The notes under the pieces: generated by a model | The model's input: the letters and a program-made list of their open reading frames with translations, nothing else | Database searches by the model: none | What the model was told of the DNA's origin: nothing | Assembly (NCBI GenBank): GCA_963663275.1 | Contig: OY760183.1 | Location: forward strand, 1,632,001-1,696,000 | Source of the DNA: Chloroflexota bacterium | GTDB taxonomy: Bacteria > Chloroflexota > UBA11872 > VXOZ01 | DNA: 64,000 bases | Reading direction: 5' to 3' | Made by a program: the position numbers and the translations under genes | Shown here: positions 41,890-50,480 of the stretch, piece after piece | Layout: each line of letters opens with the position of its first letter | Position numbering within the stretch: position 1 is the stretch's first letter

Positions 41890-42702
41890 CTACGCCCGGT
41901 GGCGGAACATCCAGGTGGCCACCGGCAGGGCCACCGCGATGATGCCGACGCACCAGGCCAGCGCCAGCCAGCCGCTGTTGCCGATGGGCGTGCCGACCAT
42001 CCAGGCGCGCATGGCTTCGATGACCAGGGTTACGGGTTGGTTTTCGGCAAAGACGCGCAGCACGGTGGGCATGTTGGCCGTGGGCACGAAGGCGCTGCTG
42101 GCGAAGGTGAGCGGCATCAGCACCATGAACCCGGCCCACTGCGCAGCCTGCAGCGACTTGACAACCATGCCCAGTATGGCCGAAATCCAGGAAATCGCCA
42201 GGGTAAAGACCAGCAACAGGCCGAAGACCAGCAGCCACTCGGTGGCATCGGCGGTAGGGCGGAACCCGACGAGAAAGCTGGCCGCCAGCATGACCAGAGC
42301 CGAGATGGTGTTGCGCACCAGGTCGGCGATCACGTGCGCCGCCAGCAGCGCGGAACTGGCCATCGGCAGCGCCCGGAAGCGGTCCACAATCCCCCGTTGG
42401 AGATCGACCAAGACGCTGAAGGTGGTGGTGTTCGCGCCAAACGCCGCGGTCTGCACCAGAATGCCCGCGACGAGAAAATTGACATAACTCGTTTCACCGG
42501 TGTTGATCGCGCCGCCGAAAACGTAGCGAAAGAGCAGCAGGAACATCACCGGCATCATGAAGGTCGAGAACAACTGATCGATGTTGCGTGTGATGTGCGT
42601 CAGGCTGCGTTTCGTCAGCACCCAGTAGTTGTCGAGCATCCAGTAGATTTCCGGACGGCTTTGCGTTTCGGTTTCCGCCAGCAGAGATGCCGTTTGCTTC
42701 AT
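41890..42702 (-). CDS. ABC-2 type exporter permease (DrrB-like)
   Basis: MPVMFLLLFRYVFGGAI, GIVDRFRALPM, PLTFASSAFVP, NQPVT. Confidence 0.92.
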   Translation of the reverse strand: MKQTASLLAETETQSRPEIYWMLDNYWVLTKRSLTHITRNIDQLFSTFMMPVMFLLLFRYVFGGAINTGETSYVNFLVAGILVQTAAFGANTTTFSVLVDLQRGIVDRFRALPMASSALLAAHVIADLVRNTISALVMLAASFLVGFRPTADATEWLLVFGLLLVFTLAISWISAILGMVVKSLQAAQWAGFMVLMPLTFASSAFVPTANMPTVLRVFAENQPVTLVIEAMRAWMVGTPIGNSGWLALAWCVGIIAVALPVATWMFRHRA

Positions 42703-43727
42703 TGCGTCATCTTCTCCTGATCCTCTTCGCCGTTGTCGTTCGCCGGCGGCGTGGCCGCGGCCCCGGTGAGCGTGAGAAAGACGTCGTCCAACGTGGGGCG
42801 GTGCAGCGAGACGTCTTCCACCTCTACGCCGTCCTCTTCCAGGCGTTGCAGCGCCTCTCGCAGTTCGTGGACGCCCTCGTGGCTGGCGATGCTCAGCAGA
42901 CGCCGCTTGCTATCCAGATGCAGGGACTGGCCGGCCAGGGCACGCTCCGCCGCCGTCAGGTCGCTGCCGGCCGCGATGACGATGTCCAGCCGCGTGGCGC
43001 CGATTCGCGCCTTGAGTTCGTCGGACGTGCCGGCGGCAATGACGGAACCATGGTCGATGACAATGATTCTGTCCGCCAGTTGGTCGGCTTCCTCCATGTA
43101 CTGCGTGGTAAGCAGAATAGTAATGTCGCTGGCCGAGAGCCGCTTGATCATCTCCCAGAGCGCCAGGCGGCTGCGGGGGTCCAGCCCCGTCGTCGGCTCG
43201 TCCAGGAAGATCACCGGCGGCGAGGCGATGAGGCTCATGGCTATGTCCAGGCGGCGGCGCATCCCGCCCGAATAGGTACTCACCTGGCGGCGCGCCGCGT
43301 CGGTAAGCTCGAACAGTTCCAGCAGGTCGCGAGTGCGGCGTTTGGTGTCGGCCCGGCTCAGGCGGTAGAGCCGCCCCAGCATCAGCAGGTTCTCCTCGCC
43401 CGTGAGGTATTCGTCCACCGCCGCGTACTGGCCGGTAAGCCCAATGCTCTTGCGCACCCGGTCGGCCTCCCGCACCACGTCATGGCCGTTGACTGCGGCC
43501 CGTCCGCCGTCCGGCGGCAGCAGCGTGCTGAGGATGCGGATGATGGTGGTCTTGCCGGCCCCGTTCGGGCCCAGCAGCGCCAGGATGCTGCCGCGTTCCA
43601 CTGCCAGGTCGATGCCTTTCAGCACTTCCAGTTTCTTGAAAGACTTGCGCAGGCCCGTAAGGACAATTGCGTTCTGGTGGGCAGCGCCGGCGTCCGTTTT
43701 AGCAAGTGAAGTCAGGGTTTCCGTCAT
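42699..43727 (-). CDS. ABC exporter ATP-binding protein (DrrA-like)
   Basis: GPNGAGKTT, YSGGMRRRLD, FLDEPTTGLDP, TTQY; start moved to ATG 43727 (AGGAG RBS). Confidence 0.94.
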   Translation of the reverse strand: MTETLTSLAKTDAGAAHQNAIVLTGLRKSFKKLEVLKGIDLAVERGSILALLGPNGAGKTTIIRILSTLLPPDGGRAAVNGHDVVREADRVRKSIGLTGQYAAVDEYLTGEENLLMLGRLYRLSRADTKRRTRDLLELFELTDAARRQVSTYSGGMRRRLDIAMSLIASPPVIFLDEPTTGLDPRSRLALWEMIKRLSASDITILLTTQYMEEADQLADRIIVIDHGSVIAAGTSDELKARIGATRLDIVIAAGSDLTAAERALAGQSLHLDSKRRLLSIASHEGVHELREALQRLEEDGVEVEDVSLHRPTLDDVFLTLTGAAATPPANDNGEEDQEKMTQ

Positions 43728-43783
43728 TGCCTCTCCTTGTGGGATGGACTGTGCCGGTCGATGGGGTCCGCCGGGGGTCAGGT

Positions 43784-44326
43784 CTATTCCACGTCGTCCA
43801 CCGGCGGCTCGGCTGCCGGCTGGATCAGGGCGAGGGGCTGGCCGTACTCCACCGGCTGGCGCGATTCCACCAGAAAGCGTTCCAGGGTGCCGGCGATGGG
43901 CGCTTGGATCTCGTTGAGCACGTTCAGCACCTCGACGTAGCCGAGCAACTGCCCCTCGGCCACCGCCGCGCCTTCGTCGAGCACGGCGCGTTGTCCCTCG
44001 CCCCGGCTGCGGGAGAAAACCCCCACCCATCCCGCGTGCACCGTGTGCAGGCTTGGCTCACCGGCTGCCGCCGCGGCGGACGAGGCTGGAGATGTGGCCG
44101 CCGTTTCGCCGACGACTTCGGCCTGTGCCGTGCGCTTGAGGGCCACGCGCACGCCCTGGTGCTCCACGGCAAGTTCTTCAACGTCCGATTCGGCAATCAG
44201 GTCCAGGAGCGGGTGCAGCCACTCCCGCACCACTTGATCCAGCGTCTGCGCGGATTCCTTGCCGGACGCAGCCGGTTCTGGCGCGGATGACGTTTCCGGG
44301 ACGGCCTGTTCGCCTTGCTCAGTCAC
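43784..44326 (-). CDS. accB: AccB/BCCP-like biotinyl-domain protein lacking the biotinylated Lys
   Basis: BCCP layout (LLDLIAESDVEEL N-domain, Ala-rich linker, V.EGQLL..E....NEIQAP..G....V....PVEYGQPL) directly downstream of efp; EAMKM is replaced by EVLNV. Confidence 0.75.
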   Translation of the reverse strand: MTEQGEQAVPETSSAPEPAASGKESAQTLDQVVREWLHPLLDLIAESDVEELAVEHQGVRVALKRTAQAEVVGETAATSPASSAAAAAGEPSLHTVHAGWVGVFSRSRGEGQRAVLDEGAAVAEGQLLGYVEVLNVLNEIQAPIAGTLERFLVESRQPVEYGQPLALIQPAAEPPVDDVE

Positions 44327-44889
44327 TATGAACGCACCCGTTCGATGTAGCTGTTCGTGCGCGTGTCCACGCGAATTGTATCGCCCATGTTCACGAAGAG
44401 GGGCACGTTGACCACCAGGCCGGTTTCCAGGGTGGCCGGTTTCGTGCCGCCGGCCGCGGTGTCGCCCTTAACGCCGGGCGCGGTATCCGCGATTTCGAGT
44501 TCGATGGAAGGCGGCAGGGCGACGTCCAGGACGCGCTCGCCGTGCATCTCCAGCTCGATGGTGGCGCCGTCTCTGAGGAAGTGCGCGGCATTGCCCAGCA
44601 GCGCGCCGTCCACCAGAATTTCGTCGTAGGATTCCGTATCCATGAAGTGGAAGACGTCGCCGTCCTGGTAGAGGAACTGGGCCGGGCGCTGCTCCAGCCG
44701 GATCTGGCGGAAGCGCGCGCCGGCGTCGCAGGTGCGGTCGATGATGTGGCCTTCCTGCACGTTGCGCAGCTTGAGCCGCACCACCGCGCCGCCGCGTCCC
44801 ATCTTGATGTGCTTCACTTCTTCCAGGCGGAAGATGGCGTCCTCGTATTCGATGACGACCCCTCGTCGTAGGTTACCTGTGTCGATCAA
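44326..44889 (-). CDS. efp: Elongation factor P
   Basis: HIKMGRGGAVVRLKL, QFLY, FMDTESY, PGVKGDT, KPATLETG, VPLFVN..VDTR..YIER; TTG start with AGGAGG RBS. Confidence 0.96.
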   Translation of the reverse strand: MIDTGNLRRGVVIEYEDAIFRLEEVKHIKMGRGGAVVRLKLRNVQEGHIIDRTCDAGARFRQIRLEQRPAQFLYQDGDVFHFMDTESYDEILVDGALLGNAAHFLRDGATIELEMHGERVLDVALPPSIELEIADTAPGVKGDTAAGGTKPATLETGLVVNVPLFVNMGDTIRVDTRTNSYIERVRS

Positions 44890-44913
44890 TGCGCTATGCC
44901 TCCTGCGCTTGCG

Positions 44914-44948
44914 CCCCTCACCCTAACCCTCTCCCACGGGGAGAGGGG
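44914..44948. repeat. CCCTCACCCTAACCCTCTCCC hairpin immediately upstream of the efp RBS
   Basis: CCCCTCACCCTAACCCTCTCCCACGGGGAGAGGGG. Confidence 0.88.
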
Positions 44949-45209
44949 ACTGGAGCGGAGTTTTCTGTTGTTTGCCTAGTTCATCCGGAAATGGTTGGTA
45001 TATCGGGCAATCGAGTGTGTATCCGGTAATGGTGTGTGTATGCGGCAACTATGCCTGTGTCCGGCTGCCGTGTGGGTTCTTTTCGGCTACGGTGCGTCCA
45101 ATTCTTGCTACGGCGCTTGTTCAGCCGTAAACCGTGCGTGCCAATTGGGAAATACTCACATCCCGTTCAGGCAAGGTTTACGAGCCATTGAGGTGGTAGT
45201 TATGGAGAT

Positions 45210-46304
45210 TCATCCTGAGAATCGCAGTTTCGGCGAGCCGGTGAGGATTTCGGCGCCGTCGTCGTGGAGCAGCGCCAGGTCCTCGATGCGCACGCCGCCT
45301 ACGCCGGGCAGGTAGATGCCGGGTTCGATTGAAAACACGGCCCCGGCCGGCAGCGGCGTATCGCCGGCCAGCGGCGAGAGGCGCGGGGCTTCATGGATTT
45401 CCAGGCCCACGCCGTGCCCCAGGCCGTGGCCGAAGTGGTCGAGATGCCCGGCGGCTTCGATAACGTCACGGGCGAGCGCGTCGGCCTCCACGCCGGTCAT
45501 GCCGGCGCGCACCTGCGCCGCGGCGGTTTCCTGCGCTTGCAAGACCACGCCGTAGATTTCCCGCATCTCCGCCGGCGGCGTGCCGAGGACGACGGTGCGG
45601 GTCATGTCCGAGCAGTAGCCGTCGGCAACGCAGCCAAAGTCCATGACGATGAAGGCATCGCGGGGAATGGTGTCGTCGCCGGGCCGGTGGTGGGGCATGG
45701 CGGCGTTGGGTCCGGCCGCGACGATGGACGGAAACGAAAGCCCTTCCGCCCCGGCTTCCCGCATCAGCACCTCCAAGCGCCAGGCCACCGCCCGCTCGGT
45801 CACGCCGGGGCGCAGCCACGCCAGCAGTTCGGCCAGGGCGTTGTCCGCGATGGCGATGGCGCGCCGGAGAGCGGCCACTTCATCCGGCCCTTTGGCCACG
45901 CGGAGTTTCTCCACCACGCCTTTGGTTCCGATCAGGTCAACCTCACCGGACAGGCTCTCGCCATAGGAATCATGGTTCGCCACGCTCACGTGCTCGCTCT
46001 CGAACGCCATCCGCCGGACGCCGTGCTGCCGGCAGAGGTCCAGCAGCGCCGGGCCGAGCGCGCCGGTGAGCGGCACAACCGTGAAGCCTGCCGCTTGCTT
46101 GCCCGCTTGCTCGGTGTAGCGGGAGTCGGTGATGAGCAGCGCGGCGGCGGCGCAGAGCAGCAGCCAGCCGGACGAGCCGGTGAAGCCGGAGAGGTAGCGG
46201 CGGTTGTAGTCGTTGCTCACCAGGAGCGCGTCCGCTTCCAACTCGTCGAGCCGGTCGCGCACGTTTTGCACCCTGGGAGCGGTAGCAGTTTGTGTGGTAC
46301 TCAT
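45210..46304 (-). CDS. Xaa-Pro aminopeptidase (M24 family)
   Basis: YLSGFTGS, DSRY, PHH, DFG..GYCSDMTRT, HGLGHGVGLEIHE, IEPGIY..GGVRIED. Confidence 0.94.
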   Translation of the reverse strand: MSTTQTATAPRVQNVRDRLDELEADALLVSNDYNRRYLSGFTGSSGWLLLCAAAALLITDSRYTEQAGKQAAGFTVVPLTGALGPALLDLCRQHGVRRMAFESEHVSVANHDSYGESLSGEVDLIGTKGVVEKLRVAKGPDEVAALRRAIAIADNALAELLAWLRPGVTERAVAWRLEVLMREAGAEGLSFPSIVAAGPNAAMPHHRPGDDTIPRDAFIVMDFGCVADGYCSDMTRTVVLGTPPAEMREIYGVVLQAQETAAAQVRAGMTGVEADALARDVIEAAGHLDHFGHGLGHGVGLEIHEAPRLSPLAGDTPLPAGAVFSIEPGIYLPGVGGVRIEDLALLHDDGAEILTGSPKLRFSG

Positions 46305-46361
46305 GTGTGTAAATGCGGTCGGATCTACGGAGTGTATATATCCAATTGTAGCACGCAATGG

Positions 46362-47084
46362 CTACGGAACGGCGGAGACCGCGCCCAAGCTGATGAGCCA
46401 GCGGGCGATGGCGGCGGTCACGTTCGCCTCGACCCAGGCGGCGACGACCAGGAGCGGGATTACAAGGAAGACGTACCCCTTGCCGAGGTTGGCCGCGGCC
46501 CAGACCGCGTTCTCGAGCGTGCTGAGCGCAGGCACGGGCCGCAGGAACGACCAGGCGAGCCGCATCGAAAGGACGCTGCCCACCAGGATTGCGGGTATTT
46601 CGAACACGCCGTGGGGCAGCACCAGGAGCAGGCCCACCAGCACGGCGGACGGCGTGACCGCGTCGAGTTGCGCGCCAAGCATGCCCAGGAGGATGCCGGG
46701 CAGCGTGACCACCAGCAGCGGATAGATGCCGAGCGTGAACACCGCGAGGAGCGGGCTCAGCAGCAGGACGCGCAGGTTGTTACGCAGGATGGCCCCGGCG
46801 GTAATGCCCTCGATGCCGCCCAGGCGCTCGATCTGCGCGGCGTAGGCGCGGAGCAGGGCCTGCGTGGCCTGGGGATAGAACTCCGCCAGCGCGGCCCCGC
46901 CGGCAATGCCGCAGCAGAACGCGGCGGCGGTAAGCAGCAGTAGCCAGCGGTTGAAGAACAGGAGAGCGGGGATATCGCGCGCGTAGACGCGCACCGGCGA
47001 GAACGGCGCGCGCGGCGCCTGGGGAGCGCCGCCGGAATCGCAGACGGCCGTAGCCAGCCGGCCAAGCCGCTCCCGCGTTAGCAC
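46362..47084 (-). CDS. SpoIIM-family membrane protein
   Basis: ILRNNLR, LPHGVFEIPA, LLVVAAWVEANVT; hydrophobic segments. Confidence 0.85.
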   Translation of the reverse strand: MLTRERLGRLATAVCDSGGAPQAPRAPFSPVRVYARDIPALLFFNRWLLLLTAAAFCCGIAGGAALAEFYPQATQALLRAYAAQIERLGGIEGITAGAILRNNLRVLLLSPLLAVFTLGIYPLLVVTLPGILLGMLGAQLDAVTPSAVLVGLLLVLPHGVFEIPAILVGSVLSMRLAWSFLRPVPALSTLENAVWAAANLGKGYVFLVIPLLVVAAWVEANVTAAIARWLISLGAVSAVP

Positions 47085-47090
47085 AACGCG

Positions 47091-47339
47091 CTAGCTCTTC
47101 TTGGCCGCGTCCCCGCCGCTCGCAGCCTGCTCGGACTTTGCTTCGGTGTCCGCGGCGGATTCGGCTTTCTGCTCGCCCTCCGCGTCGCCGGTCTCTTCCT
47201 CTTCCTTCATGGCCGTGCGGAACTCGCGAATGCTCTTGCCCAAGGACCCGCCGAGACCCGCGATGCGGCTGCCGCCGAAGAGGATCACGATGATGACAAG
47301 TATGATGAGGAGTTCCGTCCACCCAAATGTGCCAAGCAT
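47091..47339 (-). CDS. tatA: Twin-arginine translocase subunit TatA/E
   Basis: GWTELLIILVIIVILFGG..I..LGGSLGKSIREFR. Confidence 0.94.
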   Translation of the reverse strand: MLGTFGWTELLIILVIIVILFGGSRIAGLGGSLGKSIREFRTAMKEEEETGDAEGEQKAESAADTEAKSEQAASGGDAAKKS

Positions 47340-47595
47340 TCCAATTTCCCTTTCATGCCGATGGCCGTTCCAAGTGTGCTTTGTCTGCTTTCCATGATAC
47401 GCGCGCGGCGGGCGAGAATCAAATCGAACGCGGGAGCGCCCCGGCGGCGCCGCCGCTGAATGCCGCCGCCGCGGCCGTCGCGCGGGGGCGGTTGTTTCTC
47501 GTCCAATGCTATGCTATCGTGAAGAAACACATGGGCGTTGTCCGCCCGCCGTTCACCATCGCAAGGGGCGCTGTTCTCGTGCAGGGGTGTAACCC

Positions 47596-48903
47596 ATGAA
47601 GCGCAAGCCTTTCCTCTCCATTCTGCTGGCGTTGGCGCTTGTCCTGACCGTCGGCACGGGCGCTTTCGCGGCGGGCTTTACGGCGGGTTCCCATGGCTCC
47701 CCCATCCAGCCGTTGGCGCAGGTGTTGTCGGGAGTCATTCCCGGCTTGCAGTCCGCCGCGCCGCCGGAGGACCATGAGGAGAAGTGGGAACTCTTCCTGC
47801 AAGTGTGGGAAATCGTCTCCAAAGAGTTCTACCGGCAGCCGATGGATCACGATGCGATGATGCGCGGCGCGATTCGCGGCATGTTGGAGACCCTCGGCGA
47901 TCCGCACACGGTCTTGCTCGATCCCTCGGTAAGCGAGCGGGCGCGGGAACAGACCCGCCAGAAGTTCCAGGGCATCGGCGCGCGCATAGAGGATAAAGAA
48001 GGACAGATCGTCGTCAACTCGGTGTTTCCCAATTCTCCCGCGGAGAAGGGGGGCTTGAAGCCGGGCGACATCATCATGGCGGTAGACGGGACTTCGCTGG
48101 AGGGACTTTCGCCGGAAGAGAGCGCGCTGCAAATCCGCGGGACCGCGGGCACCGACGTGACGCTGACAATCAAGCGGGGCGAGGAAGAGCCGTTCGACCT
48201 GACGCTGACGCGCGCCGAGGTGGACATTCCCTCACTCTCGATGCAAATGCTCCAGGGGAACGTGGGCTATATCCGGCTCTGGGGTTTTGGGGCGCTCACT
48301 GCCGATGAATTGCGCACGTCGCTGCAATCGCTGGTGGACGACGGCGCGCCGGGCCTCATTCTGGACTTGCGGAATAATCCGGGCGGCTTGTTGGGATCGG
48401 CGATCAGGGTGACCGGCGAGTTCTTGCCGCGCGGCTACGTGGTGCTCTATGAGGAGTCGGTGGTGGTCAGCCAAGCTCCTCGCGCCGACGCGGAGGAGAC
48501 TGACGACGACGGGGAGACGCAGTACCAACTGCGCCCCTATAAAGTGCGCATAGATGGGGTGGCCCTCGATATTCCGCTGGTCGTCCTGGTCAACGAGCGC
48601 AGCGCCAGCGCCTCGGAGATCGTGGCCGGGGCCTTGGCCCACTACGACCGCGCCGTCATCATCGGCCAGCGAACGTTTGGCAAGGGCACGGTGCAGTTGC
48701 CCCACGACCTGAGCGACGGCTCGCAGCTTCGCGTCACCATTGCGCGCTGGCTGACGCCGGGCAAAGAGTCGATCTCCGATGTCGGGATCACCCCGGGCAT
48801 TGAAATGGACGCCGAAGTCACCGTCCCCCTGGAAGAAGATGAGGCGGTGCAGCGCGCGCTGCAAGAGCTTACCCAGCTTGCCGCTCTCCCCGACGTTGCC
48901 TGA
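47596..48903 (+). CDS. ctpA: Carboxyl-terminal processing protease (S41, PDZ)
   Basis: Signal peptide, GDPHT, FQGIGA PDZ, DLRNNPGG, SASASEI, TFGKGTVQ, WLTP. Confidence 0.94.
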   Translation: MKRKPFLSILLALALVLTVGTGAFAAGFTAGSHGSPIQPLAQVLSGVIPGLQSAAPPEDHEEKWELFLQVWEIVSKEFYRQPMDHDAMMRGAIRGMLETLGDPHTVLLDPSVSERAREQTRQKFQGIGARIEDKEGQIVVNSVFPNSPAEKGGLKPGDIIMAVDGTSLEGLSPEESALQIRGTAGTDVTLTIKRGEEEPFDLTLTRAEVDIPSLSMQMLQGNVGYIRLWGFGALTADELRTSLQSLVDDGAPGLILDLRNNPGGLLGSAIRVTGEFLPRGYVVLYEESVVVSQAPRADAEETDDDGETQYQLRPYKVRIDGVALDIPLVVLVNERSASASEIVAGALAHYDRAVIIGQRTFGKGTVQLPHDLSDGSQLRVTIARWLTPGKESISDVGITPGIEMDAEVTVPLEEDEAVQRALQELTQLAALPDVA

Positions 48904-48921
48904 CGGGCGCTACCAATACCA

Positions 48922-50205
48922 ATGAAAGGGCAGACCTTGCGTAGGCATACCCTGCCGAACGGACTGCGGGCGCTCATCCTGCCTATGCCGCACACCCGGG
49001 CCGTTACCGTCAGCCTCTTCTGCGGCGCCGGGTCTCGCTACGAGCCGTACGACCAGATGGGAATCTCCCACTTTCTGGAACACATGCTCTTCAAAGGCAC
49101 CGAGCAACGGCCGGACCCCCAGGAGATTGCGGAGGCGATCGAGCGCACCGGCGGGTTGCTGAACGCCAGCACCGGACGCGAGGCGACGGTAATCTGGGCA
49201 AAAGTAGCCTCGCACCACCTGCCGATTGCCTTCGACATCCTCTCCGACATCATCCTCAACCCCTCGTTTCGCGCCGACGACGTGGAGCGCGAGCGCGGCG
49301 TCATCCTGGAGGAACTGGACCTCTACCAGGATACGCCGTCGGATTGGGTGCACGTCCTCATGTCGCGCCTGCTGTGGCCGCGCCACCCGCTGGGAGAGGA
49401 CATTGGCGGCCGTCCCGAAACGATCATGGACATTACCCGGGACGACCTGCTGAAGCACCTGGAAGACTTCTACCGCGCCAACAACATGGTGCTGGTGGTG
49501 GCGGGGGGCGTGGACGCGGACCGGGCCCTGGCGCACGCGGAAGAGGCGTTTGGCGGCCTGCGCAAAGGCACCGGCCCGGCCTGGCTGCCCGCGGTGGCCA
49601 CCCAGCCGCAGGAGCGGGTGGTTACCCAGCCGGAAGACCACAACCAAGTGCAGCTTTGCATCGGCGGCGCGGGCCTCTCCCACGCCGACCCGGACCGCCA
49701 CGCGCTGGAATTGCTCAATACGGCGTTGGGAGACGGCATGAGTTCGCGCCTGGCGGTGGAGGTGCGCGAGCGGCTGGGCCTGGCGTACGACATCTACTCC
49801 TACGCCGAGCAGTACTTCGATACCGGCGCGTTCATCATTGCCGCCGGTGTTGAAGACACGCACCTTGACGGCGCTTTGTCCGCCATCTGGGAACAGGTGG
49901 AACGAATGCGGCAGGAGAAACTCACGGCGGATGAGATGGACAAGGTGCGGGAATTCACCAAAGGACGCCTGCTGCTGAGCATGGAAGACAGCTGGAACGT
50001 GGCCAGTTGGTACGGCAGCCAAGAGGTGCTGATGCATTCGACGGTGACGCTGGACGAAATGCTGGCTACCCTGGACGACATTACGGCCGACGACGTGCTG
50101 CGGGTGGCCCAGCGCGTGTTCGTGCCCGGCTGGGCGCACGTGGCGCTGGTGGGGCCGGGCCTCGACCGGGCGGCGATGGAAGACATGGTGAGCCTGTGGA
50201 ACTAG
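48922..50205 (+). CDS. M16 family (pitrilysin-like) zinc peptidase
   Basis: GISHFLEHMLFKGT, NASTGRE, ERGVILEE, GMSSRL..VRERLGLAY. Confidence 0.94.
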   Translation: MKGQTLRRHTLPNGLRALILPMPHTRAVTVSLFCGAGSRYEPYDQMGISHFLEHMLFKGTEQRPDPQEIAEAIERTGGLLNASTGREATVIWAKVASHHLPIAFDILSDIILNPSFRADDVERERGVILEELDLYQDTPSDWVHVLMSRLLWPRHPLGEDIGGRPETIMDITRDDLLKHLEDFYRANNMVLVVAGGVDADRALAHAEEAFGGLRKGTGPAWLPAVATQPQERVVTQPEDHNQVQLCIGGAGLSHADPDRHALELLNTALGDGMSSRLAVEVRERLGLAYDIYSYAEQYFDTGAFIIAAGVEDTHLDGALSAIWEQVERMRQEKLTADEMDKVREFTKGRLLLSMEDSWNVASWYGSQEVLMHSTVTLDEMLATLDDITADDVLRVAQRVFVPGWAHVALVGPGLDRAAMEDMVSLWN

Positions 50206-50218
50206 CGGCTCAACGCGC

Positions 50219-50325
50219 TTGTATCGATGGGTAGCGTAGGTTTACAACCTGCGCCTGATGGGTAGCGTAGGTTTGCAACCTGCGCGGTTTTGTTGGCGCT
50301 GCCGCTTGGCTCTACCCGTCTATGT
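50219..50325. repeat. GTAG-REP pair related to the 12925 element
   Basis: TTGTATCGATGGGTAGCGTAGGTTTACAACCTGCG, a second copy at ~50257, and distal CTACCCGTCTATG. Confidence 0.75.
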
Positions 50326-50480
50326 GACGTAGCCGCTCTACGCGGTCGTCGTCTGTGACGTAGGCGGAGGCTGCGACCAGGCCGGCGGCTGCGGCGAAGG
50401 CGGCGTTGCCGACGGTTCCAGGCGAGATGCACGCGGCGGCTTCCTCGTACACGCAACAAACCGGCGGATTTTAGGGCAGT

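Noticed and set aside
44995-45209. HicA-like toxin remnant on the minus strand (LPERDVS..)
   Set aside because: Only a few residues resemble the family and the frames contain stops; cannot be supported without a search.
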